Shown here one piece after another: positions 12,043 through 22,529 of a DNA stretch of 64,000 nt (the stretch's first letter is position 1; every line of letters starts with the position of its first letter). The notes beneath the pieces were generated by a model. It was not told the origin of the DNA. It worked only from the letters and a program-made list of their open reading frames with translations, and made no database searches. The position numbers were made by a program, and so were the translations under genes. Location: the NCBI GenBank assembly GCA_963813335.1, contig CAWEYL010000001.1, positions 384,001 through 448,000 of the forward strand, written 5' to 3'. The stretch is from an uncultured Chloroflexia bacterium (GTDB lineage Bacteria > Chloroflexota > Limnocylindria > Limnocylindrales > CSP1-4).

Positions 12043-13216
12043 CGAGCGGCAGGGCGAACCGGAACGTCGTCCCGCCACCGGCCGGCGAACCTACCGAGAT
12101 CGTCCCGCCGTGGGCCTCCACGAGCCCGCGCGCGATCGCCAGCCCCAGTCCGGAGCCGCGCGAGTCGGTGCCCTTGACGAAGCGGTCGAAGACGTGCGGG
12201 AGCAGCGCTGGATCGATCCCTGGCCCGGTGTCCGCGACGCTCAGGACGAGCCACGACGCCCTCGACGGCCCCGCCGATCGTCACGCGACCGCCGGCCGGC
12301 GTGTGGCGGAGCGCGTTGGCCACCAGGTTCGAGAGCACCTCGCGGATGCGGACGGGTCGATCTCGAGGATCGGCAGGTCGCCGTTGGAGACGTCGAGGCG
12401 ATCGCCACGGCGGCCGCCTCGGCCGCCGGTCGGAACGAGCGCGACGACGTCGGCGACGAGCAGGTCCGGGTCGGTCGGCTCCGGGATGGAGCGGCAGCGT
12501 GCCGGCCTCGGACAGCGCGATCGTGCGCAGGTCGTCGATCAGCCGACTCGAGGACGCGGGTCTCGTCGAGGATCGGCGCGAGGTGGGCCGGCGTCGGGCG
12601 GGTAGACCCCGTCGACGATCGCCTCGAGATTGCCGGTGATGACCGCAGCGGCGTGCGCAGCTCGTGGCTGACGTCGGCGAGCAGCGTTGCGGCGCTGCTC
12701 CTCGTCGGTCTCGAGCCGGGCGGCCATCGTGTCGAAGCCGCGGGCGAGCTCCTGGATCGGCTGCGAGATCGGACCGCGGTCCGGCCGACCCGGACCCCGT
12801 AGTCGCCGTCCTCGACCCGACGGGTCGCGTCGACCATCCGGTCGAGGTCGCGTGCGGCGCCGAGGCGTCCGCGCAGCAGCCCAGCGACGAGCACGATGCA
12901 CGACGACCGCGACGATGATGATCCCGGCAGCGGCCCGAGGCTCGACGAGGACCGACGCGCATCGCCGCGACGAGCGACCCGACGATGATCGAGGAACAGC
13001 AGCGCGAAGAGGCAGCCGAACCCCTGGCGGCGCATGCCACGGCGCCCCGCCGCGGGCGTCCTGGCTCGGGCATAGCGCGCGCGACGGCGCATCTGGCGCG
13101 CCCACGGGTCATGGATGTCCCAGTCGGGGTCGTTCCAGGGGCGGGTGCGGCCGCGGTCGGCCCGCCAGCGCGGTCCGGCGGGCCGGGCGGCGTGGTGCGC
13201 TCGGGCCGGCGCTCAA
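12029..13216 (-). CDS. HAMP sensor histidine kinase (heavily frameshifted; start approximate)
   Basis: LARGFDTMAARL, LADVSHELRTPL, NLVANALRHT, GSGLGLAIAR fragments. Confidence 0.8.
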
Positions 13217-13916
13217 GCGGCCGACCCGCGGTCGTCGGCGAACCGGTAGCCGACGCCGTAGACGGTCAGGACGTAGCGCGGCTCGCGCGGGTCTGGCTCG
13301 ACCTTGCGGCGCAGGTTCTTGATGTGCGAATCGATCGCCCGCTCGTACGACTCGAACGCGACGCCGCGGAGCGCGTCGAGCAGCTGCGAGCGGGTGAAGA
13401 TGCGGCCCGGGCTGGCGGCCAGCGTCGCGAGGAGCCCGAATTCGGTCGCGGTGAGGTCGACGGTCCGGCCGGCCGACCTCGGCGCGCATCCGCGGCACGT
13501 CGAGGACCACGTCGCCGGCGCGGATGATCGTCGGCCGCCGCGGGCGGCCGCGCCCTCGGTCCGACGGAGGACCGCCTTGACCCGCGCGACCAGCTCGCGC
13601 GGGCAGAACGGCTTGGTCAGGTAGTCGTCGGCCCCGAGCTCGAGGCCGAGCAGCTTGTCGAGCTCGTCGTCGCGCGCGGTGAGCATGACGATCGGGATGG
13701 TCGAGTCGCGGCGCAGCTCGCGGGTGACGTCGAGGCCGTCGAGTCCCGGGCAGGCCGAGGTCGAGGACGACGAGGTCGGGGCGATGGCGGCGGACCGCTC
13801 GCGAGCGCGGACGGGCCGTCGGCCGCGGTCAGCACCGCGAACCCGGCGTGCTCGAGGTAGTCGCGGGCGAGCTGGACGATCTTCGGCTTCGTCGTCGACG
13901 ACGAGGACGGTCTCAT
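13213..13916 (-). CDS. OmpR-family response regulator (frameshifted)
   Basis: IVQLARDYLE, GADDYLTKPF, YERAIDSHIKNLRRK, TVYGVGYRF. Confidence 0.9.
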
Positions 13917-13990
13917 GCGCGGCATCGTAGTGGGGTAGGGGAGACGGATGCGCCCCCGGGCCGTGGACCGGGGGGCGCTGGGATGGGAGG

Positions 13991-14500
13991 TCAGCCGGCC
14001 GTGGCCGGCGGCGGTGGCCGGTCCCGCGCTCGCCGGGGTCGGTCGGCGCTCGTCGACCGGGCGGCCGGGTCGTGCGCGTCGCGGTGCCAGTCGTCGAAGT
14101 CCTCGTGCGCAGGACGCCTCCCAGCGGTCGTAGCGGCTGCCACCTGGCCGGCCCGTAGCCGGGGCCGCCGGGACCGCACCGGCCCGCCGGGACCCCAGCC
14201 GCCTGGCGCCCCAGGGCGGTGCCGGCCGCCGAAGAAGATCGCCCGGATGAGCCCGAAGACGATGAACGAGGAAGAGGAGGGCTCCGAGGAACCCGAAGAT
14301 CCCGAAGCCGAAGCCGAACGGGTGCCAGCCGTAGCCGACGCCGTAGGCGGGGACGACGACCGGCGTGACGACCGGCGCCGCTGGCGGCCGCGGTGGTGAC
14401 CGCGGTCTGGAGCCCGGCCTGGTAGGCGGTCGTGGCGATGACGCCCGCCGCCGATCGCGAGGACGGCGATCAGCAGGATCGCGGCGATGATGCGGCGCAT
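13991..14500 (-). CDS. Small membrane protein upstream of the two-component genes (frameshifted)
   Basis: AAGGAG SD; hydrophobic N-terminus; YGWHPFGFGFGIFGF TM; FDDWHRDAH tail. Confidence 0.65.
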   Translation of the reverse strand: MRRIIAAILLIAVLAIGGGRHRHDRLPGRAPDRGHHRGRQRRRSSRRSSSPPTASATAGTRSASASGSSGSSEPSSSSFIVFGLIRAIFFGGRHRPGAPGGWGPGGPVRSRRPRLRAGQVAAATTAGRRPAHEDFDDWHRDAHDPAARSTSADRPRRARDRPPPPATAG

Positions 14501-14568
14501 GCTGCGCTGCACTCCTTGTCTGTGCGGGTCCACCTCGGACCCTGTCTGCGGCACAGCCTCGCCCGGCG

Positions 14569-14587
14569 GTGTGGAGCGAGTGTGGAG
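14569..14587 (-). promoter_or_regulatory. CTCCACAC direct repeat with 11-bp period, putative OmpR-type regulator site
   Basis: Plus strand GTGTGGAG at 14569 and 14580. Confidence 0.55.
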
Positions 14588-14615
14588 AGGGCGTGGCGCG
14601 CTGGTCGAGGTAGTC

Positions 14616-14644
14616 TTGACAGTGCAACGTCGCACTGTTAGGAT
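14616..14644 (+). promoter_or_regulatory. Sigma70 promoter with palindromic operator in the spacer
   Basis: TTGACA-17 bp-TAGGAT; ACAGTGC-N6-GCACTGT inverted repeat. Confidence 0.75.
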
Positions 14645-14651
14645 ACGGCCA

Positions 14652-15284
14652 GTGCCAGACGACCACGCTACTCGCTCACCGAGCTCGCCGACCTGGCCGG
14701 GGTCACCCCGCGCACGGTCCGCTACTACCTCGCCTCGGGCCTGCTGCCGGCGTCCGGGCCAGTCCGGCCCGGGCGCCAAGTACGGCGACGAGGACCTGGC
14801 CCGTCTGCGCCTGATCCGGCGGCTCCAGCGCGGAGCACCTACCGCTCGCCGAGATCCGGCGCCGGATCGAGGGCCTCGACGACGAGGACGTGCGCGCCCT
14901 CGCCCTCGAAGCGCAACCCCGCCGACCGACTCCGCCTGGAGTACCTCCGCCGCGTGCTCGAACCCGCCCGCCCCGCCCCGCCGTCCCCGTCGAGCGCAGC
15001 GGCCCGACCGGCGCAGCTCCTGCGCCGGCTGGCCAGCGAGGGCCCGCCGTCCGACTGGCGGCCGGCCGCGATGCCATCGCTCGCGGCGGCGTCGCCGCCG
15101 TCGGCCCCCACGGAGGTGGCTCGCCCGGCAACGACCGTCGGTCGACCGCTCGCAGTGGGAGCGGATCGCCCTCGCCCCCGATGTCGAACTCCACGTCCGT
15201 CGGCCGCTGAGCCGGCTCCAGAACAAGCGGGTGGACCGTCTCGTGACGATCGCCCGAGAACTCCTCGAGGAGGACCGATCATGA
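14652..15284 (+). CDS. MerR-family HTH regulator (frameshifted)
   Basis: YSLTELADLAGVTPRTVRYY, LARLRLIRRLQ, C-terminal WERIALAPDVELHV. Confidence 0.8.
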   Translation: MPDDHATRSPSSPTWPGSPRARSATTSPRACCRRPGQSGPGAKYGDEDLARLRLIRRLQRGAPTARRDPAPDRGPRRRGRARPRPRSATPPTDSAWSTSAACSNPPAPPRRPRRAQRPDRRSSCAGWPARARRPTGGRPRCHRSRRRRRRRPPRRWLARQRPSVDRSQWERIALAPDVELHVRRPLSRLQNKRVDRLVTIARELLEEDRS

Positions 15285-16584
15285 CCGATCATCACGACCC
15301 AGACCTTGGAGGTCCGCCAGGACCGCCGTTTCATCCGACCCGGCAGCCACAGCAAGCGGTTCGTGCGTCGCCACGCGTGACGGCGCCCCGCGCGACCGGC
15401 GAGCGCGGCGCCGGCCGCCTGTCAATCTGGCGATCGTGCTCGACCGCTCCGGCTCGATGTCCGGGCCGAAGCTGGCCATCGCGAAGCTCGCCATCGAGGA
15501 GGCCATCGGCCGGCTCGAGGCCGAGGACCGCTTCAGCCTCGTGGTGTACGACGACATCGTCGACGTCGTCTTCGAGTCGACGCCCGCCACGCCCGGCGCG
15601 CGCCGCGGCGGCGATCGACCGGCTGCGCGACATCGAGGCGCGCGGCAGCACCAACCTCGCAGAGGGCTGGCTGCGCGGCTGCGAGCAGGTCGCCGCGCAT
15701 CTCGCGGCCGGACGGCGTCGACCGCTGCCTGCTCCTGACCGACGGCCTGGCCAACGTCGGGATCACCGATCCCGACGACGCTGACCGGTCACGCGGCCGC
15801 GCTCCGCGCGCGGGGCGTGTCCACGACCACGTTCGGGGTCGGCAACGTACTTCGACGAGGGGCTGCTCCAGGCGCTCGCCGACGCCGGCGGCGGTCACTT
15901 CTACTACATCGCCGACGCGCCGCAGATCCGCGACGCCATCACCTCCGAGGTGGGGGAGACGCTCGAGGTCATCGCCCGCGACGTCGTGCTCGAGCTGACG
16001 GCGCGCGACGACATCCGGATCGAGGCGATCAGCCCCATGCCGTGACGAGCGGCGGCGACCGGACCAGCGTCGCCCTCGGTGACCTCGGTCTCCGAGCAGA
16101 TCGTCGAGGTGGTGCTGCGGCTGTCGTTCCCGTACGGGGACGCTCGGCCGCGAGACCGGGGCGATCGTGGCCCTGACCGACCGCGACGGCGTCTTCGCCG
16201 GCAGCGGCACCGCGCCGATGGAGCCCGTTCGGCTGACGTGGACCTACGCGGACGACCAAGCCAACGACGCGCAGCCGCGCGACCGCGAGGTCGACCGTGC
16301 CGTCGCCCGGGTGTTCGCGGCCCGGGCCCGCCAGGAGGCTGTCGCGAGCAACCGCGGCGGCGACTTCGCCAACGCGGGCCGGGTCCTGGCCGCCACGGCT
16401 CGACGCATCCGCGCCTACGCGGGCAAGGACGCCGAGTTGCGCGAGCGTGGCCCGGACGCTGGAGGCCGAGCAGGGCCTCTATGCGGCCCCGATGGCGGAG
16501 TCAGCGCGCAAGCAGGCGCACTACGCGAGCGCGAACGCCCTGCGCAGCCGCGACGCGATGGGGCACTCCCGGCGCGAGGCCTGA
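15281..16584 (+). CDS. vWA domain protein (frameshifted)
   Basis: MIDAS LDRSGSMS, GSTNL, LLLTDGLANVG, TTFGVG; ATGA overlap with merR. Confidence 0.85.
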
Positions 16585-16693
16585 TCACGCACGGAGCGGG
16601 CGTTCGGGGCTTGACTGCGCGGTATAGTCCCTTCGTCAGGCCCCGTTCATCCGCACGTGCCCAGCGGCGGGAGCCAGGAAGCGGAGGGTTCGG

Positions 16694-17336
16694 ATGTCCA
16701 TCGAAGGCGTCATCGTCGGCCTGCTGGCCGTCGTGATCGGTGCGGCCTGGGCGATCTACGGTCTCAAGTTCTTCACGATCCTGCTACCGCTGTGGGCCTT
16801 CATCTTCGGCCTGGCCGCGGGCGCGCAGTGGAGCCAGGAGATCTTCGGCCAGGGCTTCTTCTCGACGGTCCTGTCGTGGATCATCGGGTTCGGGTTCGGC
16901 CTGTTCCTCGCGGTGATCTCGTTCTTCTGGTACTACGCTGCGGTCGTGATCCTGGGCGGCGCCCTGGGCTACGCCCTCGGTGTCGGCCTGATGGACTGGC
17001 TGAACATCGATGCGAGCGTCCTCGGGATCCTCGTCGGCCTGATCGTCGGGGCGGTCTTCGCCTTCGCGACGTTCGTCCTCGGTGTGCCGGTCTTCCTGGT
17101 GATCTACTTGTCGGCCATCAGCGGCGCGGCGGCAGTCGTCAACGGGGTGCTGGTCGGGCTCGGGATCGATCAAGCTGGCGGATGCTCGATTCCAGCTTCT
17201 TCAATGCCCTCTTCAAGGAGGGCGCCGTCGGGATCATCGCGTGGATCGTCCTCTCGGTGGTCGCGATCATGTACGGCAGCTCCGTGACGTCGGGCGGACG
17301 GCCGCCTCGATCGACCGGGCGGCCTACCGCTACTAG
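16694..17336 (+). CDS. DUF4203/TM198-like multi-pass membrane protein (3' frameshifts)
   Basis: GGAGG SD; Gly-rich TM helices; [12 protein letters not shown]. Confidence 0.65.
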
Positions 17337-17358
17337 CCCATCGGGGATCGCCCCGACC

Positions 17359-18885
17359 ATGCAGCCGCGGTCGCTCGTCGCCGCCATCGACCAGGGGACG
17401 ACGAGCAGCCGCTGCATCCTCTTCGACCGGTCCGGCTCGGTCGTCGCCAGCCACCAGCTGGAGCACGAGCAGATCACGCCCCGGCCCGGCTGGGTCGAGC
17501 ACGATCCCGACGAGATCGTCGAACGCGTCCGTGCGTGCGTCCGCATCGCGCTGCGCGACGTCGGGCGCCGACGCCGGCGCGCTGGCCGCCGTCGGCATCA
17601 GCGACCAGCGCGAGACGACGGTCGTCTGGGACCGCCGGACCGGGCGGCCCGTCCACAACGCCATCGTCTGGCAGGACACCCGGACGGCCGACGCGGCCGA
17701 GCGCCTCGCCGCCGGCGGACCCGGGCGGCATGGACCGGTTCCGCGCGACGACCGGCCTGCCGATCTCGACCTACTCGTCGGCGCTCAAGCTCGCCTGGAT
17801 CCTCGAGGCCGGCGGCCCCGACCGGCGGGCGGCGGCGGAGGCCGGCGACCTCCTCTTCGGCACCATCGACAGCTGGCTGATCTGGAAGCTCACCGGCGGG
17901 CTCCATGGCGGACGTCCACGTCACCGACGTCACGAACGCCTCGCGGACCATGCTGATGGGCCTCGAGACGCTCGACTGGGACCCGGCGCTGCTCGACGCG
18001 GTCGGGGTCCCGGCCGCGATGCTGCCGGGGATCCGCAGCTCGTCGGAGGTCTACGGCCACGGCGTGGGGGACCTCGCCGGCGTCCCCATCGCCGGCGATC
18101 TCGGCGACCAGCAGGCGGCGCTCTTCGGGCAGACCTGCTTCGCGCCCGGCGAGGTCAAGTGCACCTACGGCACGGGCTGCTTCATGCTCATGCACACCGG
18201 CGAGCGTCCGGTCCAGTCGAGCCATGGCCTGATCACGACGGTCGCGGCGCGGATCGGCGATGAGCCGGCCACGTATGCGCTCGAAGGTTCCGTCGCGGTC
18301 GCCGGGTCGCTGATCCAGTGGCTGCGCGACCAGCTCGGCATCATCAGCGACGCCTCGGAGGTCGAGGCGCTCGCCCGGTCCGTGCCCGACAGCGGCGACG
18401 TCGTCTTCGTCCCGGCCTTCTCCGGGCTGTTCGCGCCGCACTGGCGGAGCGACGCCCGCGGCGTGATCGCCGGGCTGACCCGCTTCGCGACGCGGGCCCA
18501 CATCGCCCGGGCCGCCCTCGAGGCCACGGCCTACCAGGTCCAGGAGCTCGGCGTGGCCATGGTCGCCGACCTCGACGCGCCGCTCCCGCCGGAACTGCGC
18601 GTCGACGGCGGGATGATCCGCAACGACTTCCTGATGCAGTTCCAGGCGGACATCCTCGGCCGGCCGGTCGTCGCGCCGCGGATCGCCGAGACGAGCGCGC
18701 TCGGGGCGGCCTATGCGGCGGGGCTGGCGGTGGGCTTCTGGCCGGACCTCGATGCGCTTCGGGCGATGGACCGGTCCGCGCGGCGCTGGGAGCCGGCGAT
18801 GAGCGAGGCCGAGCGCGCCGCCGGGATCGCGCGCTGGCACAAGGGTGTGGAACGCACGCTCGGGTGGGTCGACCCGGCCGGCTGA
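17359..18885 (+). CDS. glpK: Glycerol kinase (frameshifted)
   Basis: [56 protein letters not shown]. Confidence 0.93.
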
Positions 18886-19102
18886 GGCGCGCCTGCAAGG
18901 TCCCTGCAACCCGAGACCGCTCGCCGGGGGCGCCGCTGCCATCCGCGAGCGGCCAAGGTGGAGCCAGCCCCGTTTCGACACGTGCCCGCGTCGACGGCTC
19001 GCGGTACCCCCACCCCATCGACGACCGGACCCTCCGGTCGCGTCCCGACCGCGCGTGCGGCACGTGTCCTCCCCCCGACGGGCATCCACGAAGGAGGACC
19101 GC

Positions 19103-20203
19103 ATGCAGCGCAGGCGAATCCTGTCGCTCGGCCTGGTCATGACCCTGTCACTGGTCATGGTCCCGGTCGCGAGCGCCCACGGCGGCTCGCATGGCAGCGA
19201 CCCCAACGACCACGGCTCCGATCGACCGGGCCAGAAGCATGTCGGCCAGACGCCCCATGGCGCGACCCAGCCGACCGCGCGGCTGGCCGCCTGGAACGAG
19301 GCGTCCGCCAAGGCCCGCGCGGCCGCGACCGCGAAGGGGCACGGCGACGCCAGGCACCACCACGCCGCCCCGCTCCCGGCGCGCATCGACCTGCCCGCCG
19401 GGTTCCAGCCTGAGGGCATCACCTCCTTCGGGAAGACGCTCTATGTCGGCTCGCTCGTCGACGGCGCCATCTGGCGAGGAAGCGCGAAGACCGGCAAGGG
19501 CGAGGTCGTGATCCCGGGCGTCGCCGGACAGTCCGCGGCGGGGATCCACATCGACTGGCGCGGACGCCTGTGGGTGGCCGGTGCGACGGACCACACGGTC
19601 CGCGTCTACAGCCTGCGAACGCGCGAGCTGCTCGCCACCTACACGTTCCCGACCGCTGGCTTCCTCAACGACCTGGTGATCACGCGCACGGGCGTCTACG
19701 CGACGGATTCGCTGAACGCCCAGCTCGCGTTCATCCCGTTCAGCCCGTGGGCGAAGCTACCGGCGCCCGACCAGGCGACCACCATCGCCCTGACCGGTGC
19801 CATGGCCATCGCCGGCGGCTTCAACGCCAACGGCATCGTCGCCAAGGGCGGCAAGCTGATCACGGTCCAGACCAACACCGGCCTGCTGTTCTCGATCGAC
19901 CCGGCGACCGGTGTCACCACCGCGATCGACACCGGCGGGTACAGCCTGCTCCACGGTGACGGTCTGCTCCTGCGGGGGCGGACGCTGTTCGTGGTCCGCA
20001 ACCAGGACGACCTGGTCGCCGTGCTCAAGCTGGGCAAGGGCCTGGCCACGGCCACGAAGGTCGCCGAGCTGACCTCCGCCGACCTCGACATCCCGACGAC
20101 CGCGACCTTCGCGGCCGGCCGGCTGTGGGTCGTCAACGCCCGGTTCTCGACGCCGCCGACGGCGACGACCGAGTACTGGATCACCCGGCTCACCGGGAAG
20201 TAG
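19103..20203 (+). CDS. Secreted SMP-30/gluconolactonase-like beta-propeller with His-rich N-terminus
   Basis: AAGGAGG SD; signal peptide; GFQPEGI, FLNDLV, NANGI, GDGL, DIPTTA. Confidence 0.75.
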   Translation: MQRRRILSLGLVMTLSLVMVPVASAHGGSHGSDPNDHGSDRPGQKHVGQTPHGATQPTARLAAWNEASAKARAAATAKGHGDARHHHAAPLPARIDLPAGFQPEGITSFGKTLYVGSLVDGAIWRGSAKTGKGEVVIPGVAGQSAAGIHIDWRGRLWVAGATDHTVRVYSLRTRELLATYTFPTAGFLNDLVITRTGVYATDSLNAQLAFIPFSPWAKLPAPDQATTIALTGAMAIAGGFNANGIVAKGGKLITVQTNTGLLFSIDPATGVTTAIDTGGYSLLHGDGLLLRGRTLFVVRNQDDLVAVLKLGKGLATATKVAELTSADLDIPTTATFAAGRLWVVNARFSTPPTATTEYWITRLTGK

Positions 20204-20284
20204 CCGGGCACCAGGCCCGGTCCGGACGACGGGCTGCATCGAGCCGATCCATCCGGCCCTGTACAGCGGTGCGACCATGGATGG

Positions 20285-20809
20285 ATGCAGTCCGACGGAC
20301 GGGCAGCGCGGAGGACCTCGACATGGGTGGTCCTCCGCGCTGTGCTGGTCTCGGGGCTGCTGATCGGCACGCTGGGCTGTGGCGCGGCCGTCACGTCCGA
20401 GGCGGTCCCGGTCGCGCGAGCCCCCGGTGACGGTGGGCCGGGCGTCGCGAACCGGCCGGTCAACATCAACGAGCTCCTGGTGCAGACGATCATGGTCAGC
20501 GCCGGCCTGGGATCCCCGTATCGCGTCATCGGGATCCGGCTCGGCGTTTTGGGCGACCTCAAGGGTGTCGCGCTGGCCGACCGGGCAGCGGTCGCTGCCT
20601 GGCAGGGCACCGTGAAGACCGACCTCGACCTCACCGCCTGGAAGGTCGAGCTGGTCGGGTCGCAGGCGCGCGTCGACTGCGGGAGCGGGGCATGCGGCGA
20701 TCGGTTCGCCTACGTCGAGGCGTACCTGACCGGCAACGGGCGCTCCATCCTGGAGATCACGATGCACCCGCTCCCGCCCGGGGACCCGCGGGTCCCACCC
20801 GGCGGCTAG
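20285..20809 (+). CDS. Hypothetical protein, possible lipoprotein
   Basis: Hydrophobic segment ending TLGC; fills the intergenic gap. Confidence 0.5.
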   Translation: MQSDGRAARRTSTWVVLRAVLVSGLLIGTLGCGAAVTSEAVPVARAPGDGGPGVANRPVNINELLVQTIMVSAGLGSPYRVIGIRLGVLGDLKGVALADRAAVAAWQGTVKTDLDLTAWKVELVGSQARVDCGSGACGDRFAYVEAYLTGNGRSILEITMHPLPPGDPRVPPGG

Positions 20810-21630
20810 CGCCAGCGGGGGAGCGGGGCCAGGAACTCGACGATCGCGCCGGCGAGGCGCTCGGGGACCTCCATGCCGATCATGTGGGCCACATCCGGCC
20901 AGACGATGGCGCGCGCATCGGGTGCGGTCGCCTCGAGGTGGCGGGCGGTCTGCGCCACCTCGGACACGTCGAGTGCCCCGGCGATGGCCAGCACCGGGGC
21001 GCGCAGCTCCTCGAGCCGCTCGGCGGCGGGTGGATCGAGCCGGATCCGCTGCCCGAAGACGTGGCCCTCGACGTAGAGCGGCGCGTCCCACGACCGGATC
21101 GCCTCGCGGATCCAGGACGGGACGCGGGTGGGCGGCTGGCCCGGGCCGTCGACCCAGACCCGGATGTCGATCTCGGCGACCGCGGCCGGGTCGGGCGGGT
21201 CGAGCGACTCGAGACGGTCCATTTCGGTAAACAGCTCGACCTCTTCCGGCGTCGCATCGCCATCGAACCCGCCGAGGCCAGCCCCGACCCCGACGACCGC
21301 CACGACCCGCTCGGGGTAGGCGATCGCCGTATCGAAGGCCGTCGCGCCGCCGCGCGAGTTGCCGACCAGCGCGGCGCGGCCGATGCCCGCCGAATCGAGC
21401 ACGGCGACCAGGTCCGCGGGCTCGGCGAAGGCCACGTCCTCGGTGGTCGAGCGGCCCCACCCACGCGCGTCGTAGCGGATGACGCGATAGCCCGCGGCCA
21501 CCAGCAGCGGCGCGAGGGCGTCCCAGCTGTCCAGGCAGGCGATCCCGGCGTGCACCAGGACGACCGGCGGGCCGGCACCCTCGTCGACGACGCGCAGCCG
21601 CCCGCCGGGCACCTCGACGAACGCCATCAT
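20806..21630 (-). CDS. Alpha/beta hydrolase
   Basis: VHAG, YDARGWGRS, GNSRGG, C-terminal AHMIGME. Confidence 0.9.
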   Translation of the reverse strand: MMAFVEVPGGRLRVVDEGAGPPVVLVHAGIACLDSWDALAPLLVAAGYRVIRYDARGWGRSTTEDVAFAEPADLVAVLDSAGIGRAALVGNSRGGATAFDTAIAYPERVVAVVGVGAGLGGFDGDATPEEVELFTEMDRLESLDPPDPAAVAEIDIRVWVDGPGQPPTRVPSWIREAIRSWDAPLYVEGHVFGQRIRLDPPAAERLEELRAPVLAIAGALDVSEVAQTARHLEATAPDARAIVWPDVAHMIGMEVPERLAGAIVEFLAPLPRWR

Positions 21631-21650
21631 CGGTCGTGACCTCCGCGGAT

Positions 21651-21667
21651 TCTCAGGCGGTTCTCAG
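21651..21667. promoter_or_regulatory. TCTCAG-N5-TCTCAG direct repeat (MprA-box-like)
   Basis: tctcag gcggt tctcag in the intergenic region. Confidence 0.45.
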
Positions 21668-21866
21668 ATGCGACCGACAGGATGACACCCATCCTCCCTC
21701 CCCGGCGACACAAGACGCCGGCGAGCCAGCGCCGAACGACGACCTCCTCCTGTCGGACGGCCCGCGCTCGCCGGCGTTCGCCGTTCCAGTCGGCCAAGAC
21801 CCGGGGCTCGGGGCACCTCGCCACGTCGTCTCCACGCGGGCTCCACAGTCATCGACGGTGGGCCCC

Positions 21867-22051
21867 ATGGATATCGATCAAACCGACCCCATCATCTCGG
21901 TCGAGCACATGACCAAGCACCATAAGAAGGCGACAACGCGGCGGCGGTCCTCCACCCGATGTGGCTGGACGCGCTCATCACCGGTGGGTTCTTCCTGTTC
22001 TTCATGGTCGTCGGGACGACCCTCTTCGTGCGGGCCGACCGCAACCGCTGA
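21867..22051 (+). pseudogene. Deletion remnant of an ABC-2 transporter (ATPase N-terminus joined to permease C-terminus)
   Basis: MDIDQTDPIISVEHMTKHHKKATT, then in another frame AAVLHPMWLDALITGGFFLFFMVVGTTLFVRADRNR*. Confidence 0.55.
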
Positions 22052-22178
22052 CGGACCGGCCCGGACCGCGGACCGCGGGTCTGGACGGGCCTGTCGATTC
22101 GCGGCAGGCCCGTTCGTCACTGGTTCGAAGGGCGACCGAGGCACCGTTGACCGAGGTCCCTCAGCAGGAGACGGACCG

Positions 22179-22529
22179 ATGGCAGACGCACGCGTGATCC
22201 ACTTCGAGATCGTGGGCAAGGACCAGGGCGCCCTCCAGCGCTACTACGGGAACCTGTTCGGCTGGAAGCTCAACACGGACTTCCCGGGCGGCTACGGGAT
22301 GACCGATCCGGCCCAGACGGGGCTCATCGTCGGTGTCGGCGCCACGCCGGACGGGTCCGCCGGCCACGTCACCGGCTACGTCACGGTCGACGACATCAAC
22401 GCCACCCTGGCGAAGGCGGTGGATCTCGGCGGATCCGTGATCATGCCCAAGTTCAGCCCGGACGGGAACGCCCAGCTGGCGCTGGTGGCCGACCCCGAGG
22501 GCCACGTCCTGGGCCTGACCGAGATGTGA
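22179..22529 (+). CDS. VOC/glyoxalase family protein
   Basis: AGGAG SD; VIHFEI, YYGNLFGW, VDDINATL, DPEGHVLGL. Confidence 0.88.
   Translation: MADARVIHFEIVGKDQGALQRYYGNLFGWKLNTDFPGGYGMTDPAQTGLIVGVGATPDGSAGHVTGYVTVDDINATLAKAVDLGGSVIMPKFSPDGNAQLALVADPEGHVLGLTEM

Noticed and set aside
1236-18000. Mass pseudogenisation or programmed frameshifting
   Set aside because: Single-base indels without in-frame stops, also hitting dnaG, sucC and sdhA and clustering regionally; best explained by low-coverage long-read errors
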